From NCBI GenBank assembly GCA_951406725.2, contig OX597816.1:133176001-133240000 (forward strand): a DNA stretch of 64,000 nt, written 5' to 3'. Both the position numbers and the translations under genes were made by a program. Below the pieces are notes generated by a model, which was not told the origin of the DNA, searched no databases, and was given only the letters and a program-made list of their open reading frames with translations. Origin of the DNA: Octopus vulgaris. Its lineage: Eukaryota. Numbering within the stretch: the first letter of the stretch is position 1; the number at the start of each line of letters is the position of its first letter. This document shows positions 54,296 to 64,000 of this stretch, in pieces.

Positions 54296-54747
54296 GGATC
54301 TTTTCGGTTTGAACGGCAGTTTTTTCTAGCGGTGTCATATGAAATTGTCACCCATAATTATGACCCTAGAATCGATCTATTGCATTTCAATCTCTTTTAG
54401 GGTTAGGGTTAGGGTTAGTTAGGGTTAGTTAAGGTTAGGGTTAGGGTTAGGGGTGGGGGAAGGGTATCTTTTTTTCTTCACAAATATAAATAAACTCAAT
54501 CTGTTTCTTAAACGAGGGACATATTCATACGGCACAGAATGCTTTTTAACTCAATAGACGTCACTGATAGGTTGAAATTGCAGAAATTGAAGAAAAAGCA
54601 ACAAATATCTTACAAACTATAGAATTTTCTCAATAAAGCCAAGAGAAAAAGATGTTTTATAAACACATTCTACCAGTATACGAAGTTTAACATTTTTTAG
54701 CTACCTAGAAATTATGTTAAAAACTGCCGTTCAAACCGAAAGGATCC
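54296..54747. mobile_element. GG-terminal (Merlin-like) MITE with internal TTAGGG repeats
   Basis: Same TIRs as 9963-10375; candidate 8-bp TSD AAATATTC/AAAGATTC. Confidence 0.85.
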
Positions 54748-56744
54748 AAAGATTCTAATCTGGAGCATCCAATTTTGGAAATGGTTTTAAGAAAGAAGAT
54801 ATTCTAGTGTTATTCTGAGCTTGGCAGCATTGTTATTGTCAGTAGAAAAATTTTGGTCCAGTATCGTTGTATAAGTATAGGAAGACAGCTGTATAAAAAC
54901 ATACTGTAGCAACTGTTGTTAGAAGCTAAACCAGACAGATAAATTACTTGTCAGTTTTATAGACAAATGAAAATAAAGTGTTGCTTAACGTGCGCTTGTT
55001 GCCAGACAAATCTATCGACAAAACAGCAATTAGCAAGGTAAAAGTGGAAATGCGATTTATCAAAGTAAAACAAGTCATTTTAGATTTAATTGAATGAGGA
55101 TCGTAGTTGTTGCTGCTCTTGTCATTGTCATTGTTGCTACGGCTGTTGTTAACTCTCTTGTTTAAAGCAATATTGTTCTAAAATACTGTACAAATTTGCT
55201 AATGTGCAAATGGATCTCAATCGGTTTCGTCAAATGTTTTTCAGATATCTGATCAACTGAACAAGTTGTTCATTGAATTAGCATGTAAGTGACTAAACAT
55301 TCCCCAGACACATCGGCCCTGTCCACCTGACTATAAATAAAGCCCGTTTGTGGTTCTCTTTCCTTACTTAAAGCAGCGGCGACACTATAACTTAATTTCC
55401 AGGCGGAATCAGCGTAACGCAGTGTGACAAGTCTAAGTTTTTAAATTACAGATACAATGCACTTGATATGCTTTCACGCATTTTCCTTTCATCCATTTTC
55501 ACTCACAAAGCTTGGATTGACCAGACATTTGTCCATGATGTCTCACAGTGAGGTAGAACCCGAGATCTCGTGATTGCGAAGCGAATTTCTTAACCATTCG
55601 GCCGTGCTACGTCCATTATGTACTACTTCAAATAGTATCATCGTTGTCATTATACTCCTCTGCCTCATCCTCATTGTGATTATGATCATTATCACTATCA
55701 TCATCTTTATTTTTATCCTTATTATCATCACTACAACAGCATATGTTTTTTGAGAGATAAAGAAAATACATTTATTTTGTTCTTTTAAACCAGGAAATCC
55801 CTCAAATGAATTAGGTTAGTTTTTTTAAACACAGTCTATGCAAATAAGTACAGTAAACTACTGATTTACATGTAAATTTGTTTCAACATATAACCAATCA
55901 GTGGTTCACCAATTAAATATATTAGCAGATTATCATAGACTCTGATAGTTGATAAAATATTCATGAAATTGTAACCACTGCTACTATTGCAAACATTACT
56001 CTTGTAATACTGGTTTGAAATCGAGGCCATGAGACGGGGGAACGAAGATACTACCAAGTATAAAATTTGAAATTCTTTCAAACCCCACTCATACTTGTAA
56101 GTAATGTTGATTGGTCCAATCTTTTCATTGATATCAGATGACCAACACAAAGAAATTGAAATTTCCTATGATGGATTCTCTCATCTTCTATGAAATGCGG
56201 TTAATATGCTAATAGTTTGATAACTCATATCTCGATATCAGAAGCGGTTATGCCTCTAGATACGAATAATATTTCTTGTGTAGATTTAGTTGTAATAAAT
56301 ATTGATTTCCTTTGACGGAAATGAGTTGTAAAATTTGAAAAACAGAAAAGCATATTGACATTTGTAACAAGTTTAAAAATAGTCAGACATCAAAACCGAT
56401 CGACCGACTACAAGGCGACAAGATTCTTAACTGAGGAAGAATTCTTGCTAACTGTGTTTAGGTTTCCACTTGAGTAGAAACAAGAATTTAAATAATGACT
56501 TAATGAACACAGTTTCGGAAACCACTAATTCATGAAACAAGAGCAATTTTTCAATTGAGAAAATATGTATGATTCTAGCTGGCTCTTTAAGAAAATGCGA
56601 GTTCATTTTTAAGTATTTTATTCTTAATCAAGGGTAAGATTTCAGAAAATTACTCCAATAGGAAATATGTAACAAAAGAAGATATCTTAACTCTTTTTGT
56701 CCGAACTTACAGTGTACGTCTAATTAAGGAATAATTACAGATCT

Positions 56745-56952
56745 ATTTTCTTTATCTTTTATTTGTTTCAAGTAATAGAATGCGACCATACTGGGACACC
56801 TCCTTGAAAGGTTTAGTCGAACAAATCGATCTCAGTAATTAATTTTTTAAAGAGAATTACTTCTGTCAGTAACTTTTGCCGAACTGCTACATTACGGCAA
56901 CGTAAGCAAGCCAACACCGAATGTTCCGTAATGGTAGCAGATAAAGATATAC

Positions 56953-57035
<83 letters not shown>

Positions 57036-57203
57036 TATAGGACAGGCTTCGAAACAGTTTTTGTCAACTGAATTAACTCATAAGACATTTTTAGGCCTGG
57101 AGGTATAGTAAATGACACCTGCTCAAGGTGTCCCACGATGGAATTGAACCTGAAACCATGTTGTTGCAAAGTGAGCTTCTTAACCCCACAGCCATACCTA
57201 CGC
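56745..57203 (-). mobile_element. SINE family A
   Basis: Shared body with internal (TA)n; partial copies also at 4590-4735, 7440-7650, 26218-26351, 29375-29476 and 55470-55610. Confidence 0.8.
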
Positions 57204-57445
57204 TCTATAAATACTCTGGTGGGTAACGAAACCAATAGTTAATACGTAATAAATTGTTTACTGTTGAACGATCAGTACGAAAACTTGCAGACTTAGTGGA
57301 GCATATCTGGGCTCGAGTTACTGTAGGAAATAATCTGAAAGCTAATATTGCTGTCCATGAGTGGAGAAATCGTTTAATAATCCCATGATATTTATGCTTC
57401 TATAATGATTTATATCATACTTGAACAAAAAACACACATTGATTT

Positions 57446-58335
57446 TATAGTGTTGCCGCTGCTTTAAGTAGGGAATGAGTACAATAAATGAGCTTTATTT
57501 ATAGTCAGGTGGACAGGGCCGATGTGATTTAAGCAACAATTTATACAAGAAAATAAAGAAATTAATTTATACACCGAGTAACACAGACATGTGAGCCCAC
57601 ACAGTGAATTCCATCAGAAATCATAACAGGAATGTTATGATTTATACAGAAGGTGGAACATGTAAAGATTCCCATTTGGTGTACGCTTCAGAATGCACGA
57701 AATACAACTTAATTTATGTTGGTTGCACAACAGAACAATTAAATAAAAGGTTTAATGGGCACAGATTCGACGTCAGGCACAATAACAGTAGTTCGACAGA
57801 ACTTGCTGAACATTTCGTTTCAAGCGGCTGCAATTTTGAAGAAGACTTGAAAGTGCATATTCTCAGAAAATATTCTGAATCTATTTCGCTTTCACTTCTC
57901 AGAATGTATGAGGAGAAATATGTTTGCGGATTATTAACATCACGTCCTGGAGGAATGAATAAGATGACAGGAGAATATCATCAAATTTATACAAAGCTGT
58001 TTGATTAAATATTCTTCTTTCTCTCTTTTTCTTTCCTTTTTTTCTATCATCGTCTTTTTTCTGTTTTTTTCTGTCTTTTTCTTTTCGCCTGTTATAAAAT
58101 TGTACCTTAAAAACTGATGATGTCATTCCATCAACGTGTGGACGCTAATTGCTCTCGTTCATACTTTACGTTAAAATTTCTGTCATTTTGAATTTTTATC
58201 ACTTCTTATTTTGAATTTGACAAAGACAGACGTACAGTTGAAATAGCGTTCAACTAATAATTTTCAAGAAGACTTGAAAGTGCATATTCTCAGAAAATAT
58301 TCTGAATCTGTTTCGCTTTCACTTCTCAGAAAATA
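57446..58335 (+). mobile_element. Penelope-like element 3' region: open GIY-YIG ORF (57604-58008), pLTR, and partial tandem re-copy at about 58258-58335
   Basis: TCKDSHLVYASEC..IYVGCT..LNKRFNGHR..LAEHF..YEEKY..L..PGGMN; 57832-57905 is duplicated at 58258-58335; an inverted repeat fragment lies immediately upstream. Confidence 0.85.
58211..58253 (+). ncRNA. Decayed hammerhead motif (core UUGACAA) downstream of a Penelope GIY-YIG ORF
   Basis: TTGAAT-TTGACAA-A-GACAG-ACGTA-CAGTT-GAAA-TAGC-GTTCAA; one stem II mismatch and no U at position 16.1. Confidence 0.4.
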
Positions 58336-58380
58336 TCTTACAATCGAATCGCGCTCTTCGTCTTGACTATTATTATTATT

Positions 58381-58416
<36 letters not shown>

Positions 58417-58419
58417 ATA

Positions 58420-58885
58420 TGTTTGACTTTTGCTTTACATTTGTACAAGTTGTCTCCAAGTTTCACCCAGAGACCTCAAGAGACAAGTTGGAAGTTCATG
58501 TTGGTGTTATGCCTAGGGTGCCATATATTTGGTTTTGTACTTAGTGTTGTACTAGTGAATGTTTAAGAAACCATAAGGAAATTATGTTTGTTTTAAAACT
58601 TGAGATTACATGGAAAGTATTTTGCGTAGGATATGAGCAGTTCCCATGAGCACTATCTTTTGAATTTCTGCCATTTTGGGGTTTCCTGGTATCTGAGCTA
58701 TGTAGCAATCAGCCCTTTTGCTATCATTACCAGGGCGCCTATGACAACAGGTATTGTTTTAGTCTTCAGGTTCCACATTTTTCTAATTTTTATTTCAAGA
58801 TCTTTATATTTTCTCACTTTTTGGTAGGTCTTGACAGATGCTTTTATATCGATTGGGACAGTCATATCAATGAGGAGGCATAATT
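58420..58885 (-). mobile_element. R4/Dong RLE C-terminal fragment and 3' UTR, flanked by AAC/AAT microsatellites
   Basis: LLIDMTVPIDIKASVKTYQKVRKYKDLEIKIRKMWNLKTKTIPVVIGALVMI..IQKIVLMGTAHILRKIL. Confidence 0.85.
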
Positions 58886-58964
58886 TTTATTATTGTTGTT
58901 GTTGTTGTTGTTGCTGTTGTTGTTGTTGTTATTGCTATTATTATTATTATTATTATCATCATCA

Positions 58965-59029
<65 letters not shown>

Positions 59030-59052
59030 GTTGTTATTATTACTATTATTAT

Positions 59053-59270
59053 TGAGTGAGTGAAAGAACAACGTATGCCATCAATGTGACACTAGGTTAC
59101 AAATATATGAAGCCCAATACACCCATCATGATTACCGGTCTGATAAGGGTGCACCAGGCACGTGCATCGCAACCATTTGCGTGACATGGTGATATCATAT
59201 GAAGATAAACAGCTCATGATCTTGCAGGCGGGACACAACTAGAATTTTCTTCAGGTCGAGTAGCACATCC
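59053..59270 (-). mobile_element. Family T repeat, partial copy
   Basis: Reverse complement of about 60115-60328; abuts (TTA)n. Confidence 0.7.
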
Positions 59271-59555
59271 CGCTAACAATTCTGCCAGCTCGCCACTTAA
59301 TAATAATAATAATGATGATGATGATGATGATGATGATAATAATCCTTTCTACTATAGGCACAAGGCCTGAAATTTGAGGAGAGGGATTAATCAATTAAAT
59401 CGACTCCCAGTACGCAACTGATACTTAATTTATCGACCCCGAAAGGATGAATGACAAAGTCAACCTCGGCGGAATTTGAGCTCAGAACGTAACGACAGAC
59501 GAAATATCGCTAAGCATTTCGCGCGGTGTGCTAACGATTCTGCCAGCTCGGGGCT

Positions 59556-59595
<40 letters not shown>

Positions 59596-59618
59596 TAATA
59601 ATAATGATAATAATAATG

Positions 59619-60387
<769 letters not shown>

Positions 60388-60692
60388 TTCTTTATTTGCC
60401 ACCAAGAAGCCGCTCATACATATAAGAAAAAAAAAACAAGCAAAAGGGTTACAAACGTGTGGGAAAGACAGCACAAAGTTATATAAAACTAGGTTAAGCT
60501 GTAAAATGTTATAAAATAAACAACTAGTCATAATAGAAGTTTGATATAAAATAAATACACGTAATAAATAGATAGTTATATCAAAAGGCTTTACTTTAAA
60601 GAAAATGGATATAGTTTAAATATAATAGATGCAATTTTGAAAAACGTTATGATAAATATTATAACGATTAAAAAATGTTATGATAACACTAC

Positions 60693-60734
<42 letters not shown>

Positions 60735-61713
60735 GTAACGTTAAAAATCTTTATAATTATGATGATGATGATGAAATGAGATTTCTAAGGTTTATTCAGA
60801 AAGAAATTGTAGTCATTGTTATCTAGCTAGAACCAGAAAAATGTCTTACATCAGTTGAAATGTTTTCTGAATCTCCTACAATCAATTTAAAAAACTATCA
60901 ACAACAAAACTTCAAGATTGGGTTAAAATGTAATCATATAATAATTATATAATGATTTCAAATTTTTTGCCACAAGGGCAATTAATAGTTATATAATAAT
61001 ACCCAGTGAGAACTCTTGTTGATGTTTCATGTTTTTTTTTTTATATATTTTTGTTTTCTTAATCACAATCAAGTAAGTCCGATCAAATCATGCAAAAGTA
61101 CTGCAAAATATCATCGGTTTATTATGCGAATGTTTACAGGCAATGAAATACGCAGAAACATTATAGAATAATAAAATATACAGATATTTAAAAAGCAAGA
61201 AGGTTTTCAAAAGTACACCTTAATAATTGGTTAATTGCTGTACAGAATTCAAATATAATACAAACAATTTTATTTTCATTTTATTATCAAATTGAAATAC
61301 ATATTTCTTTTGTCTAGTTGGAGAAGTGTGTTCGTAATATCATTCAATGGTTTGCAGACAGCGGGTTGTGGACGCGACTCACCTGGAGCTTACTGCTACT
61401 ATGGCGTTTGTCGCTAGCTTAAAAACATACATGCGTATTTGGCAAATAGAAACACTAACTACGTTGAAAAATATTGCAACGAAATTCAGGCATGCGAGCA
61501 AAAGTACAACAGTCAAATATTATAACCGTGAATGCATGTATTTTTGTGTGTGTGTGTTTTGAGCCTGAAAGATTGCTTTAAGGTACGTGGCGTATTTTAT
61601 AAAAATGCCTGTTCAAGTATCATAATAGTATGAAACTTTTAGCAGCTCTTTTGGTTGAGTATTTAATTCGATATATATATATATATAATAAATTTATATA
61701 TTTATATCTATAA

Positions 61714-61787
<74 letters not shown>

Positions 61788-61790
61788 ATA

Positions 61791-61885
<95 letters not shown>

Positions 61886-62743
61886 CTGAAATAAAAATTG
61901 AGATTAAGAGGGAAAATGTTTGAGCTTTAACAAAAATTTTATTTCAAAAGTTTTTTATTCGAAATTTTCTATTGATGGGGTTGAATAAACATATAAACAT
62001 TGCAATAAATTGGTTTGTTATAATATTGCATGAGGCATGGGATACTGCAGTTTCAGCAAATCAGTTTTATACATTCAATATATTATATATATATGATTTC
62101 CTTTGGGATAAGCAAACAGAAATTCCTTTAGAATTGTTTGCTAACGATAAAATAATACACTGGTGAATTAATGTTCTGCTGTTCTTTGAACAGCAGATTA
62201 AAATGTTTTTTTTTTTTGCTTGTTTTTCTTTTCCATCATGAATCAATTATTCTAAGATATGAGATTATAAAAAAAAGACGAATATTGAACAAGCAGTCAT
62301 ATTAATTGTTAAAAGTTAAAGTCTAAAGTTTTTCATCATCGCATCTTCCAAATGTAAGGAGCAAATTTTAAAAAAAGCTATAAAAGTTTGCGATTAAATT
62401 CATATATTGTTTTTTCTAATATATAAAACTATTTTAATGAATCAGGTTTTTTTTTTGGGGGGGGGGGGGTTGTAACATATCTTTAGAAAATGCCCTAACC
62501 TACTGAGTGAAGAGATGAGTCGTTGTATGGGTATATTCTGCTTGAGATATCCCGTTTTATCTAGTGATATGTGTGTGTGTGCGTATGTGTGTGTTTATGT
62601 GTGTATGCATGTGTGTGCATATATATTTAAGTATATACATGTGTATAAATAGTGAGATTACAGGTGTCCTGACGTGTTGTTTAAACAAAACAAAACGCGT
62701 TTTAATGGACTCAGTGTTAATAAAATACATATACACACACAGA

Positions 62744-62931
<188 letters not shown>

Positions 62932-63095
62932 TGCATACATTCATATATATATTTATATATTTGTCTCTATGTAACATATATATGTGTGTGTGCGTATATG
63001 TGCGCAGGTATGTATGTGTATTTCTTTTATATATCTACTCATTTGTGTATATATGTGTGTAAATATGTTATATTTTAAACGGATGAGTTCTGAGA

Positions 63096-64000
63096 TCAAG
63101 AGAAGCTAAGTACTGAAAGGATGGTCCCCATGACTACAACAAATACTGTGAGAGTAAATCTTGACACTGCACCGTTCTTTCTATCATATCTTGTTCTCCC
63201 ACTGTATCTCCTGTCCTCATTAACAGGGAAGCCTGAAGTCCCAAATGTAGGAAGAGATTTATCTTCGTTATAGATCCGTCCAATCATTGTTGCTGAATGC
63301 AAGGGATTGTTGAACATACGTTTTGAGTTTATTTTGCCATGTTCATACTGCCACACATCATCAAGAATTTGATCTCCTTTATTCATAAATACCATCTGTG
63401 GATAAATATGATCAGCCGTGAAATTATAACCAGAAAGACCAAATCTTGAAAAGTATGTATCAGCAGAGAAGATATCCTTCCCGCATACTCTATTACAGTT
63501 CATGACTGTGCAGATCTCAAACGACATGCGCCTGTCTAGAGCATTTATAAAGCCCTTGTAGATCCCCAGGCTATATTTCTCCGATTCTAAAGATTCGCCA
63601 GAATAATCTACTTTACAACAGAAAGAACCACTACATATGCTTACATTATCGGTGTATTTTGGCAGATCTATAAATTTAAAACGAATTTCTTCACCGAGTA
63701 TTTTGACACTGTGATACGAGAATTTGCCAAAGGAAACTGATAAATGAGGAATGACTGGTTTCTTTTGTCTTGAATAACGATTCATTTTCACATGGTCAAT
63801 GAGTAAGTGGCCTCTTGTAGAATCAGGTTTGTTATAATAAGAACTTTCACTATATGGGAAGTAAATTCCACTTCCATATGACCCAATGTTTGTGTCATGT
63901 ATAGTAGCAGCTAGTACATTAACCTCATTTCCAATTGCCCAACTAGAGTGCCATTGAACACTACTAAGCAAAGGCGAACTCGATCGCCAAACATTGGGAA
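63096..64000 (-). CDS. Vanin/biotinidase (pantetheinase) family amidohydrolase; 3' coding part (end of CN-hydrolase domain, Vanin C-terminal domain, GPI-like tail); 5' end lies beyond the window
   Basis: The frame is open from the window edge: PNVWRSSSPLLSSVQWHSSWAIGNEVNVLAATIH aligns with vanin [34 protein letters not shown]. Further family motifs: GSGIYFP, ICSGSFCCKVDY, EKYSLGIYKG, FEICTVMNC, CG..F.LSG..HIYPQM, MIGRIYNED. It ends in hydrophobic FTLTVFVVVMGTILSVLSFS-stop. The TTG start in the ORF track is not the true start. Confidence 0.9.
   Translation of the reverse strand, partial: PNVWRSSSPLLSSVQWHSSWAIGNEVNVLAATIHDTNIGSYGSGIYFPYSESSYYNKPDSTRGHLLIDHVKMNRYSRQKKPVIPHLSVSFGKFSYHSVKILGEEIRFKFIDLPKYTDNVSICSGSFCCKVDYSGESLESEKYSLGIYKGFINALDRRMSFEICTVMNCNRVCGKDIFSADTYFSRFGLSGYNFTADHIYPQMVFMNKGDQILDDVWQYEHGKINSKRMFNNPLHSATMIGRIYNEDKSLPTFGTSGFPVNEDRRYSGRTRYDRKNGAVSRFTLTVFVVVMGTILSVLSFS

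Noticed and set aside
58115-58145. CTGATGA at 58115 (also 8114 and 59955) as hammerhead cores
   Set aside because: No stem II followed by GAAA and no closing stem I.

Overview
AT-rich, gene-poor eukaryotic DNA. The SINE families, dense (TA)n/(ACAT)n/(AAT)n microsatellites and transposon mix look like an octopus (coleoid cephalopod) genome; this is an inference. The only host coding sequence I can support is the 3' part of a vanin/biotinidase (pantetheinase) family gene on the minus strand at 63096 to >64000, ending in a GPI-type hydrophobic tail. The rest is nested transposable element debris: several tRNA-derived SINE families, R4/Dong-type RLE LINE relics next to AAT/AAC microsatellites, CRE-like and Tx1-like fragments, Penelope-like RT and GIY-YIG relics, mariner/maT/hAT/Merlin-like DNA elements and a nest of non-autonomous Helitrons. 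The most unusual signal is a set of minimal type-I hammerhead ribozyme motifs at Penelope-like termini with non-canonical catalytic cores. Two identical, well-folded copies carry the swapped tertiary pair G3-C8 (core GUGAACA), and two copies of another family carry A6U. Decayed copies next to GIY-YIG ORFs read A3-U8 and U3-A8, so all four Watson-Crick versions of the 3-8 pair appear in the window. All alignments and folds were done by eye; repeat coordinates are approximate unless termini are quoted.
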